Part shown: positions 9,497-17,009 of the stretch, one piece after another
Layout: every line of letters begins with the position of its first letter
How positions within the stretch are numbered: the first letter of the stretch is position 1
Source: Rhodobacter capsulatus SB 1003
Lineage (GTDB): Bacteria > Pseudomonadota > Alphaproteobacteria > Rhodobacterales > Rhodobacteraceae
Direction: 5' to 3'
DNA length: 32,000 nt
Assembly: GCF_000021865.1 (NCBI RefSeq)
Contig: NC_014035.1
Span: 90,001 to 122,000 of the forward strand
Translations under genes and position numbers: made by a program
Notes under the pieces: generated by a model
What the model saw: the letters and a program-made list of their open reading frames with translations, nothing else
What the model was told of the DNA's origin: nothing
Databases searched by the model: none

Positions 9497-9550
9497 GAAA
9501 AGAAAGAGCCCCCCAAGGTCATCCCCGGAGAGCCCCCATCTGTTCTTTGC
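9497..9550 (-). ncRNA. Predicted antisense counter-transcribed RNA (ctRNA, inc-alpha type) of the repABC operon
   Basis: It lies in the 223-bp repB-repC spacer on the minus strand. Promoter: TTGACT (9585-9580), 16-nt spacer, TACATC (9563-9558). A GC/GU hairpin GGGCUCUCCGGGG-AUGA-CCUUGGGGGGCUC follows (about 9535-9506), then UUUCUUUUC (9505-9497). The predicted length of about 55 nt matches what I recall for repABC ctRNAs. Confidence 0.55.
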
Positions 9551-9676
9551 ACCTTCAGATGTATCAGCTTCTCCGCCGCAGTCAACAGCAACCGATTCGG
9601 TTGTCGGGTTCTTTTTGCCTTGCGCAAGGGATGATGGCCAAAGGGCTCTTGCAGCCCGGTTTGCCGTGAAAAACGC

Positions 9677-10780
9677 ATGGCTTTCATTCAAGCGACCGCA
9701 GCCTTCGGCTTGCGGGCCCGGGATCTGTTGTCCGCGGACAATGCCCCGGCGGCCCGGGCCCTTCCGGAACGTCACCTTCTTGTTGAAACCCTGCGGCAGG
9801 CGGCGCCGCTGCTGGGGCTGAAGCCGACCGTGCTGGCCACGCTCGAGGCGATGCTGTCCTGCCTGGCGCCGAAGCGGAACCATCACATGGTTTTCGCCTC
9901 GAATCTGACGCTCAGCTCTCGCCGCAACGGGGTTTCGGACCGCACCTTGCGGCGTCATGCGGCGGTGCTGCAAGAGGCCGGTCTGTTGCAGCGCAAGGAC
10001 AGTGCGAATGGCAAGCGCTTCACCCGCTACGATCCCGACGCGAGGCAGGCGCTGCACTTCGGCTTTGATCTCAGCCCCCTCTTCGACAGGCTTGCAGAGA
10101 TCACCGCGCTGGCGCTGCGGGCGCGGCAGATGTCGGAGCAGATCGCCTATCTGAAATCGAAGATCCGGGCGCAGCTTCGGGTGCTGCTGCAGGCAGACCC
10201 GACTGATGCGCGGGGCCTTGAACTGCTGCGCCGTCTGCGCGGCAAGCTGACGGTCGAGGCCCTGTCGGACCTGTCCCAGGCGCTGCCGCAGGCGGTGCAT
10301 GAAGCGGCGGAGGACCGCCCCGAACCCCCTGCCCCGACACAGGCCCCGACACAGGCATTGTCCGCCAGCGACGGCCAAAATGTCCGCCACCATCAGAAGT
10401 CAAAAAAAGAAATTACTGAAGAAGAAACGACGGCGCGGGAAAACACCGGCGCGGAAGAGGCGCTGACCCTTGCGGAACTGGTGACGGCCTGCCCGGAGGC
10501 AGCGTCTTTTTCGCTGCGACGCATCGAAAGCTTTGCCGATGTGGTCTCTCATGCGCAGAGGCTGGCGCCGATGATCGGCATCGATCAGGCCACCTATGGT
10601 CAGGCCGTGCGCAGCATCGGCGCCGTGCCAAGCGCGCTGACCGTCTGGGCGATGGTCCAGTGCCACACGCAGATCAGAAACATCGGCGCCTATTTCCGGG
10701 CGATCACCAGCGGCGCCAGGCGGCAGGATTTCGACGCGGTCAGACTTGTCAGACGGCTTGGGCGCAGGGTCGCGGCGTGA
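9677..10780 (+). CDS. repC: RepC replication initiator
   Basis: It is the third gene of the repABC operon. RepC-like sequence is present (LKPTVLATLEAMLSCL and DRTLRRHAAVLQEAGLLQRKDSANGKRF). Confidence 0.9.
   Translation: MAFIQATAAFGLRARDLLSADNAPAARALPERHLLVETLRQAAPLLGLKPTVLATLEAMLSCLAPKRNHHMVFASNLTLSSRRNGVSDRTLRRHAAVLQEAGLLQRKDSANGKRFTRYDPDARQALHFGFDLSPLFDRLAEITALALRARQMSEQIAYLKSKIRAQLRVLLQADPTDARGLELLRRLRGKLTVEALSDLSQALPQAVHEAAEDRPEPPAPTQAPTQALSASDGQNVRHHQKSKKEITEEETTARENTGAEEALTLAELVTACPEAASFSLRRIESFADVVSHAQRLAPMIGIDQATYGQAVRSIGAVPSALTVWAMVQCHTQIRNIGAYFRAITSGARRQDFDAVRLVRRLGRRVAA
9727..9742. repeat. parS-like 16-bp palindrome GTTGTCCGCGGACAAT (copy 1, inside the 5' end of repC)
   Basis: The core is a perfect 14-bp palindrome, TTGTCCGCGGACAA. 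It matches 15 of 16 positions of the repABC parS consensus as I recall it (GTTNNCNGCNGNNAAC). Confidence 0.7.
10395..10430. other. AT-rich island inside repC, candidate oriV unwinding element
   Basis: The sequence agaagtcaaaaaaagaaattactgaagaagaaacga is very AT-rich against the high-GC background. oriV of repABC replicons has been mapped within repC. Confidence 0.5.
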
Positions 10781-10781
10781 A

Positions 10782-10797
10782 ATTGTCCGCGGACAAC
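10782..10797. repeat. parS-like 16-bp palindrome ATTGTCCGCGGACAAC (copy 2, 2 nt after the repC stop)
   Basis: It is the exact reverse complement of the 9727-9742 16-mer. Confidence 0.7.
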
Positions 10798-10923
10798 GGA
10801 TCGGCGGGAAGGGCAGGGGGCCGCCCGGCCGGATCACCTGGCGAAAAGCCGCGGGGCTTTGGAAACTTAACAGCTTGTTCAACTATCGCGCGCATTCTGA
10901 CCCCCTGCATCGAGGAGTGGCAG

Positions 10924-11766
10924 ATGAGGAAATACCCCGCCTTTCCGCGCGATCTGGCCGCCGCCGCCGAGGCGGATCCGCTTTCCTTTGCGGTGGCCGG
11001 TCGCGACCGGGAAACGCTTGCGATGGTGCGCCGCGCGATCGACCGGGGCGATGTGCTGCTGGCCTTCCAGCCGATCATGCAAACCGCCCGGCCGGAGTTT
11101 CCGGCGTTTTACGAAGGCCTCATCCGGGTGCTGGACGATACCGGCCGGGTGATTCCCTCGCATGATTTCTTCGCCGCCGCCGAAACCACCGACCTGGGCC
11201 GCAGGCTTGACTGTCTGGCGCTGGATCTGGGTTTGCAGACGCTGGCCGAAAACCCGAAGCTGCGGCTCTCGGTGAACATGTCGGCGCGTTCGATCGGCTG
11301 GCCGGAATGGACCCGCATCCTGACCCGCGGCCTTGCCCGCGACCCGACCGCGGGCGAGCGGCTGATTCTGGAAATCACCGAAGCCTCGGCCATGACGATG
11401 CCCGAACTGGTCTCGGTCTTCATGCATGAAATGCACATGAAGGGGATCTGCTTCGCGATCGACGATTTCGGCGCGGGCTATACCTCGCTGCGCTACCTGA
11501 GAGAGTTCTATTTCGACATCCTGAAGATTTCCGGCCAGTTCATTTCCGGCATCGCGGACAATCCCGACAGTCAGGTTCTCACCCGGGCGCTGATGTCGAT
11601 CGCAGGGCATTTCGAGATGTTCACGGTGGCCGAAGGGGTGGAAACCGCCGAAGATGCCGCCTGGCTGGCAGGGCAGGGGGTCGATTGCATGCAGGGCTAT
11701 TACTTCGGCGCCCCCACCCTGACCCCGCCCTGGAGCCTGGCCGCGGCCCGGCAGGCAGAGCGCTGA
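10924..11766 (+). CDS. Stand-alone EAL-domain protein (putative c-di-GMP phosphodiesterase)
   Basis: EAL-domain motifs FQPI, EGLIR, SVNMS, EITE, DDFGAGYTSL, EGVE and QGYY are present. The ATG at 10924 is preceded by a GAGGAG RBS. There is no N-terminal sensor domain. Confidence 0.85.
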   Translation: MRKYPAFPRDLAAAAEADPLSFAVAGRDRETLAMVRRAIDRGDVLLAFQPIMQTARPEFPAFYEGLIRVLDDTGRVIPSHDFFAAAETTDLGRRLDCLALDLGLQTLAENPKLRLSVNMSARSIGWPEWTRILTRGLARDPTAGERLILEITEASAMTMPELVSVFMHEMHMKGICFAIDDFGAGYTSLRYLREFYFDILKISGQFISGIADNPDSQVLTRALMSIAGHFEMFTVAEGVETAEDAAWLAGQGVDCMQGYYFGAPTLTPPWSLAAARQAER

Positions 11767-11784
11767 GCGGCCCGGATCGGGCCC

Positions 11785-12741
11785 CTAGCCGCGGCCTCTT
11801 TGCGCCAGGAACGCGCAGACCAGAAGCTGGCTCATGTGATAAAGCATCGCGGGCAGGACGATTGCGCCGACCTGATCGGCAGGAAACAGCGCTGCGGCAA
11901 TCGGCAGGCCGGTGGCAATGCTTTTGGTGGCGCCGCAATAGAACAGCGCCGCGCGGTCGGCCGTCGGCAACCGGCAGGCCCGCCCGGCCATGACCATCGC
12001 CGCCATGCCAAGCGCCAGGAACAGCGCGATCACCCCGGCCAGCAGGATCAGCCGCAGCGCCGGGATCGCCTGCCACAGCCCCGCGATCGTGCCCGCGCTG
12101 AAGGCCGCATAGACGATCAGCAGGATCGAGCCGCGGTCCACCGCCATCGTCAGGCGCTTGTGCCGGGCCACCAGGCCGCCGATCCGCGGCCGCAGGATCT
12201 GCCCCAGCGCGAAGGGCAAAAGGATCTGCGTTCCGATGCCCGCCACCGCCCCGAGGCTGGTTCCGCCCCCGGCGCGATGCATCAGCAGCGTGACCAGAAG
12301 CGGCGTCAGCGCCACGCCGATCAGGTTCGACACCGAGGCCGCGCAGATCGCCCCCGGAACATTGCCCCCCGCCAGCGCGGTGAAGGCGATCGAGGATTGC
12401 ACGGTCGAAGGCAGCACCGACAGGAACAGCAGCCCCAGTGTCACATCCGGCCCCAGCACCGGGGCGAAGACCGCGGCAAAGCCGATCCCGAGCAGCGGAA
12501 ACAGCAGATAGGTTGCGCCAAAGGTCAGCCCCTGCAGCCGCCAGTTCAGCAGCTCCGCCCGCACCGTGCGCGGGTCCAGTTTCGCGCCGTACAGAAAGAA
12601 CAGCAGCCACACCGCCCCCCAGGTGACCTGTTTCAGCCCCGCCGCCAGCGCGCCCCCGGCGGGCAGGAAAACCCCTGCCAGCACCATCGCCAGCAAAAGA
12701 AGCATGTAGGTGTCGATGCCGAAGCGTTTGAGCGGGTTCAT
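11785..12741 (-). CDS. Bile acid:Na+ symporter (BASS) family membrane transporter, YfeH-like
   Basis: The protein is polytopic and hydrophobic, with LPSTVQSSIAFTALAGGN and FFLYGAKL motifs like YfeH/SBF-like proteins. The ATG at 12741 (MNPLKRF) has an AGGA RBS; the GTG at 12756 is less likely. Confidence 0.75.
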   Translation of the reverse strand: MNPLKRFGIDTYMLLLLAMVLAGVFLPAGGALAAGLKQVTWGAVWLLFFLYGAKLDPRTVRAELLNWRLQGLTFGATYLLFPLLGIGFAAVFAPVLGPDVTLGLLFLSVLPSTVQSSIAFTALAGGNVPGAICAASVSNLIGVALTPLLVTLLMHRAGGGTSLGAVAGIGTQILLPFALGQILRPRIGGLVARHKRLTMAVDRGSILLIVYAAFSAGTIAGLWQAIPALRLILLAGVIALFLALGMAAMVMAGRACRLPTADRAALFYCGATKSIATGLPIAAALFPADQVGAIVLPAMLYHMSQLLVCAFLAQRGRG

Positions 12742-12763
12742 CTTTCGTCCTTTCACGCAAGAG

Positions 12764-12790
12764 CCGGGCCCCTCCTTGCGGCGGGCCCGG
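12764..12790 (-). terminator. Weak hairpin downstream of bioY (possible operon terminator)
   Basis: A CCGGGCC / GGCCCGG 7-bp stem with a 13-nt loop lies 24 nt after the bioY stop. The downstream U-tract is poor (CUCUUGCG). Confidence 0.25.
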
Positions 12791-12813
12791 CGGGGGAGGG
12801 GGCAGGGCGGTCC

Positions 12814-13383
12814 TCAGGCCGCGGTGGCGCCGCGGGCGCGGAGGATCGGCCAGGCCCGCTTGACCGACAGCGCGACCGCGGCGGTGATCCCCGCCTTGAC
12901 CAGATCGCCCGGGATGAAGGGGGCGGATCCCAGCGCGGCCGCCTTGAGCGACAGCCCCGCCTGTACCGCCAGCACCGGAACGCCGAGGCCATAGAGCACG
13001 ACGATGCCGCCGATCGTGGCAAAGACGAACGAGCGGAGCGCGGTCAGGCGTTTCCAGCCCAGCTCGTGCAGCAGGCCGGTCACATAGGCGGCCGGGATCC
13101 AGCCCAGCAGGAAGCCGACCGTCGGCCCGGCAAAGACGCCCAGCCCGCCGCGCCCGCCCGACAGGATCGGCAGCCCCAAAGCGACCAGCACGACGACAAG
13201 CCCCATCGCCAGCGCGCCGCGACGGGCACCGATGACCGCGCCCGCGAGCATCGGCCCCATCGATTGCGCGGTGATCGGAACGCCGATCAGCGGCAGGGTG
13301 ATCGGCGGAAACAGCGCCAAAGCGGCCGTCAGCGCCGCGAAAAGCGCGATCAGGACGATGTCGCGGGTGGAAAGGGAAGTCAT
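12814..13383 (-). CDS. bioY: BioY, biotin ECF-transporter substrate-capture (S) component
   Basis: A 189-aa protein with about six TM segments and BioY-like sequence (PITAQSMGPMLAGAVIG, GPTVGFLLGW, FIPGDLVKA). Confidence 0.9.
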   Translation of the reverse strand: MTSLSTRDIVLIALFAALTAALALFPPITLPLIGVPITAQSMGPMLAGAVIGARRGALAMGLVVVLVALGLPILSGGRGGLGVFAGPTVGFLLGWIPAAYVTGLLHELGWKRLTALRSFVFATIGGIVVLYGLGVPVLAVQAGLSLKAAALGSAPFIPGDLVKAGITAAVALSVKRAWPILRARGATAA

Positions 13384-13405
13384 CGCAGGGGTCCTTCGGA
13401 GGGGG

Positions 13406-13999
13406 TTATCGGGAAATGGCGGCGCCGTCGTGATGACCGGACCGGGCCTCGATCGCCTCGGCGACCTCGTCGGCGGTCTTGAGAACGCGCAGGATCAGCG
13501 GCAGGATCAGCGCCAGAGGATGGGTGCCAAGACCGCGCGCCGCCTGGGCTTCGCGCACCCGCAGCGCCTCGTCGCGGATCACCGGCAGGAAGCGCAGCGC
13601 CAGCGCCAGCGCCAGACCGACCTTGGCCGGGTTGACGCCGAGCGGCGCCAGCGGGGCCAGCAGCCGTTCCAGCGTCGCGATCAGATCTTCGGTGCGGGTG
13701 GTCAGGGTGACCAGCGCGGCGAGCAGGATCAGCGTCAGGATCCGCAGCACGACCAGCGCGGCCAGGCTCCAGCCCGCCAGCCAGCCCTGCACCGGAAAGA
13801 GGATCGCCAGCATCCACAGCAGCGGCGCGACCTGCGCCCGGATCTGCGCGCGGCCGAAGCCCGCCAGCCGGAAGCCCGCCAGCGTCAGCGCCAGCGCGGC
13901 CAGCATGATCGCGGGCGCTTCGACCAGCATCAGCCCGGTTCCGGCCAAGGCCAGCGCGGCCAGTTTCGGTCCCGGCGGGCAGCGGTGCAGGGGGCTCAT
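13406..13999 (-). CDS. bioN: BioN, ECF transporter transmembrane (T) component, CbiQ family
   Basis: A hydrophobic 197-aa protein with the C-terminal ARG motif region REAQAARGL. Its start overlaps the bioM stop. Confidence 0.85.
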   Translation of the reverse strand: MSPLHRCPPGPKLAALALAGTGLMLVEAPAIMLAALALTLAGFRLAGFGRAQIRAQVAPLLWMLAILFPVQGWLAGWSLAALVVLRILTLILLAALVTLTTRTEDLIATLERLLAPLAPLGVNPAKVGLALALALRFLPVIRDEALRVREAQAARGLGTHPLALILPLILRVLKTADEVAEAIEARSGHHDGAAISR

Positions 14000-14757
14000 G
14001 TCATCCGCTCCACATAGGACCGCAGCGCCGGGCCGGGTTCATCATCGGCGACGATCCGGCCCTGATCAAAGACCAGCACGCGGTCGAAACCGGCCAGCAG
14101 CGGCAGGTCATGGGTGACGACGATCGCCGTCTGTGCCAGATCGGCGATCACCTGCCCGATCCGGCGGGCATTGCGCAGATCCAGCAGCGTCGTCGGCTCG
14201 TCGAAGACGATGCAATCGGGCGCGGTGATCAGCACGCCCGCAATCGCCAGCAGCTGTTTTTGCCCGCCCGACAGCCGATGCGCCGGGGCCTGGCGCAGAT
14301 CGGCCAGGCCGAAACGGTCAAGGATCGCGGTGACTTTCGCGGCGCGCTCCGCCGCGCCGGACTTCTGGCCCTTGAGTCCGAAGGCGATGTCTTCCTCGAC
14401 CGTGGGCAGGACGATCTGGGTATCGGGGTTCTGAAACACGAAGCCGACCTTGCGCCGTACCGCCCTGGCCTCGCGGGCGGTCTCCAGCCCGTCGATGCGC
14501 ACCGTGCCGCGGTCGGGCAGCATCAGCCCGTTCAGCAATCGCGCAAACGTGCTTTTGCCCGACCCGTTCGCGCCGACGATGCCAATGCGCCGCTCGGTCA
14601 GGGTCACGGAGATCCCGCGCAGCACGTCGCGCCCGTCAAAGCTTTGAAAAACATCGGAAATTTGTATGGTGGTGGGTGCCGCAGGCAGGGAAGGAAGGGC
14701 ACTGCCTGCGGCGCCTTGCAACCGCAAGCTGCTGGCGACAATACTTGAAACCATCAT
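13996..14757 (-). CDS. bioM: BioM, ECF transporter ATPase (A) component
   Basis: Walker A GANGSGKST, Q-loop FVFQNPDTQ, signature LSGGQKQ and Walker B IVFDEPT are present. The start is ambiguous between ATG 14757/14754 and ATG 14787. Confidence 0.88.
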   Translation of the reverse strand: MMVSSIVASSLRLQGAAGSALPSLPAAPTTIQISDVFQSFDGRDVLRGISVTLTERRIGIVGANGSGKSTFARLLNGLMLPDRGTVRIDGLETAREARAVRRKVGFVFQNPDTQIVLPTVEEDIAFGLKGQKSGAAERAAKVTAILDRFGLADLRQAPAHRLSGGQKQLLAIAGVLITAPDCIVFDEPTTLLDLRNARRIGQVIADLAQTAIVVTHDLPLLAGFDRVLVFDQGRIVADDEPGPALRSYVERMT

Positions 14758-14824
14758 CGGTTTGCCCCATTTCACTTGTGGTTGCATGGTTCTGGTCACT
14801 CGGTTGGACGTTCCGCCAAGAAAA

Positions 14825-15586
14825 TCAACCGAAGAGAGCGGCGAGGGTCATGTAACCGACCGAGGGCACCATCAGGCAGCCGAAGCCGGTGTAGAAGGTC
14901 GCCGTCAGCGCGCCATAGGGCACCAGTTTCGGATCGGTCGCGGCAAGGCCCGCGCTGACACCGCTCGTCGTGCCCATCAGACCGCCGTAAACCGCCGCCG
15001 CCGCAGGCGTCGTCAGCCCCGCGGGTTTCGCCAGAAGCGGCGTCAGGATCATCACCGCGATGGATTTCACCACACCGGCCGCCACCGAAAGCGCGATCAC
15101 CTCCGACGAGGCGCCAAGCGCAGCCCCGGTCACCGGACCGACGATGAAGGTCGTCGCCCCGCCGCCGATCGTCGCCATGTCGACCACGCTCGTATAGCCG
15201 AAGGCATAGGCCACCGCCGCGCCGATCGCGGTCGAGATGATGACCGAAATCACCAGCGCGATGCCGCCCGCCAGACCGGCTTTCTTCACCTCTTCCAGTT
15301 TCACCCCGAAGGCGGTCGAGACGATGGCGAAATCGCGCAGCATCGCGCCGCCCATCAGCCCGAAGCCCGCGAACAGCGAGACATCCGAAATGCCCTTGCT
15401 GCCGCCGGTGACCTTGCCGCCGATATAGGCCAGCACCAGCCCCGCGACGATGGCGATGGCCGAACCGTGGATGCGGTTGTTGACCAGTTTGCCGATCGCA
15501 TAGGAAATCCACATGATCACGCCGACGATGGCGAAGGCGGTGATCAGCGGCAGTTTTTCCAGCGTCCCAACAATGATGTCGAGCAT
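14825..15586 (-). CDS. madM: MadM, malonate transporter subunit
   Basis: The start is the internal MLDIIVGTLEKLPLI at 15586, one nt after the madL stop (TGAcATG). The 253-aa polytopic protein has MadM-like sequence and is paired with madL. Confidence 0.85.
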   Translation of the reverse strand: MLDIIVGTLEKLPLITAFAIVGVIMWISYAIGKLVNNRIHGSAIAIVAGLVLAYIGGKVTGGSKGISDVSLFAGFGLMGGAMLRDFAIVSTAFGVKLEEVKKAGLAGGIALVISVIISTAIGAAVAYAFGYTSVVDMATIGGGATTFIVGPVTGAALGASSEVIALSVAAGVVKSIAVMILTPLLAKPAGLTTPAAAAVYGGLMGTTSGVSAGLAATDPKLVPYGALTATFYTGFGCLMVPSVGYMTLAALFG

Positions 15587-15587
15587 G

Positions 15588-15989
15588 TCATTTTGCTCCT
15601 TGCGCAGCGCGTTTGGCCGCGTCTTCGGTTTCGGCGGTGCCACCAAGCGCCGCCAGCGGACGGATCAGCAGGAAGCCGGCAACAACCGGCAGGAAACCGG
15701 CGATGAAGGCCATGGTGCCCGCATCGAAGGCCGCAACGACGTTCTGGCTGGCCGCCATGGCGACGACGATCGGAATATACATCGCCGACCAGAATTTGAT
15801 GCCGTCCTGCGCCAGTTCCGACATCCGCTCGCGGTCGATGAACCAGCGCGAGATGACGACCAAAAGCAGCATCGCGATGCCGACGCCGCCCACGTCGGCA
15901 TCGATGCCGACCATGTGCCCGATCAACTTGCCGATGATCACGCCTGCGATCAGGCAGCCGCTCATCAGCGAGACCCCGTAAATCAACAT
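15588..15989 (-). CDS. madL: MadL, malonate transporter subunit
   Basis: A 133-aa protein with four TM segments (MLIYGVSLMSGCLIAGVIIGKLIG). It has a strong AAGGAGGA RBS and is paired with madM. Confidence 0.85.
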   Translation of the reverse strand: MLIYGVSLMSGCLIAGVIIGKLIGHMVGIDADVGGVGIAMLLLVVISRWFIDRERMSELAQDGIKFWSAMYIPIVVAMAASQNVVAAFDAGTMAFIAGFLPVVAGFLLIRPLAALGGTAETEDAAKRAAQGAK

Positions 15990-16020
15990 GTCTTCTGTCC
16001 TCCTTGATCGGCGGAGAAGA

Positions 16021-16041
16021 GCGCCTGCCCCGTGCAGGCGC
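16021..16041 (-). other. Intra-operon GC stem-loop between madF and madL
   Basis: GCGCCTGC (16021-16028) pairs with GCAGGCGC (16034-16041): 8 bp with a 5-nt loop. On the minus strand it is followed by UCUUCUCC. It may be a partial terminator or an mRNA-stability element. Confidence 0.35.
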
Positions 16042-16055
16042 CCGTCCGCCTGTCC

Positions 16056-16265
16056 TTATTCGATGATCATGATCACCGCACCGGGTTTCAGACGGTCGCC
16101 CGGGTTGACGGCGATCGACTTCACCGTGCCGTCGATCGGCGCGGGGGTGTCGTTCTTCATCTTCATCGCCTCGACGACGGCGACGCATTGCCCCTTGGTG
16201 ACGGTGGCGCCCACCGCGACCTCGATCGAGACGATCACCGAGGGCATCTTCACTTTCACATCCAT
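16056..16265 (-). CDS. madF: MadF-like biotin carrier protein (69-aa biotinyl domain)
   Basis: It has the canonical biotinylation motif EAMKM within a lipoyl/biotinyl fold, and an AAAGGAAAAGG RBS. Confidence 0.88.
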   Translation of the reverse strand: MDVKVKMPSVIVSIEVAVGATVTKGQCVAVVEAMKMKNDTPAPIDGTVKSIAVNPGDRLKPGAVIMIIE

Positions 16266-17008
16266 TGCCTTTTCCTTTCTGGCTGTTTGATTGGGTGTTG
16301 CGGGTCGGGCCGCGCCGGGGGCGGGGCCTCGAAAAGGGAGATCAGGTGGGGGCGCTCGATCAGCTCGACGCCGGTGATGGTCTTGCCCAGCACCGAGCGC
16401 GCCCCCGACAGAAGTTCGGTCAGCTTGACGCCGATGCCGCCGGGCAGGGCGACTTCGGCATCGACCGCCAGGCCGCGCCGTTTCGCCAGCGTGGCCAGCA
16501 TCGTTGCCAGTTGTTCCAGCGCGCGCAGGCTCTCGGCGCGGACCACCAGATCAAGATCGGAGTCCGGGCGCAGATAGGGCAGGCCGGTCACCGTCTGCAG
16601 CGCGGCCGAGCCGATCAGGCCGATCTCGACCCCGGAGAGGGCGCCTGCGCGGGCGATCTCGGGCAGGGCGGGATGCAGGTTCGGGCCGAGGATCAGGGCG
16701 CGGTCCATCACCTCCCAGGGGGTGAAAAAGGCCGAAACCTGGCCGCGCCGCACCGGCACCGCGGCGCGCACCCGTTCGGCGCCGTGGCGGAACGGGAAGG
16801 AGAACCCGAGCTGGCCGCCGCCATCGGGGCAGGGGCCGGTGGGACGGCAGACGATGCCGGGGATATGCGCCTTGCTCATCGCGTCGCGCACCAGCTTGCG
16901 GGTGCCGGGGTCGCGCATCTGCTCGGGCAGCGCGTCAAGAACCGCGGCCAGGATGCCCGGGCGCGAGGCGGGCGAGACATGGGCAAGGCTGTGACGGATG
17001 CGGAACAT
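16256..17008 (-). CDS. mdcG: Malonate decarboxylase holo-ACP synthase (phosphoribosyl-dephospho-CoA transferase, MdcG-like; occupies the madK position)
   Basis: It has an MdcG-type nucleotidyltransferase motif (GLIGSAALQTVTGLPYLRPDSDLDLVV). Its ATG lies one nt after the madH stop. Confidence 0.75.
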   Translation of the reverse strand: MFRIRHSLAHVSPASRPGILAAVLDALPEQMRDPGTRKLVRDAMSKAHIPGIVCRPTGPCPDGGGQLGFSFPFRHGAERVRAAVPVRRGQVSAFFTPWEVMDRALILGPNLHPALPEIARAGALSGVEIGLIGSAALQTVTGLPYLRPDSDLDLVVRAESLRALEQLATMLATLAKRRGLAVDAEVALPGGIGVKLTELLSGARSVLGKTITGVELIERPHLISLFEAPPPARPDPQHPIKQPERKRQWM

Positions 17009-17009
17009 C

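Noticed and set aside
7286-10393. Minus-strand ORFs across repA/repB/repC (7286-8482, 8353-9393, 9314-10393)
   Set aside because: They are Arg/Gln/His-rich antisense shadows of the confidently identified repABC genes.
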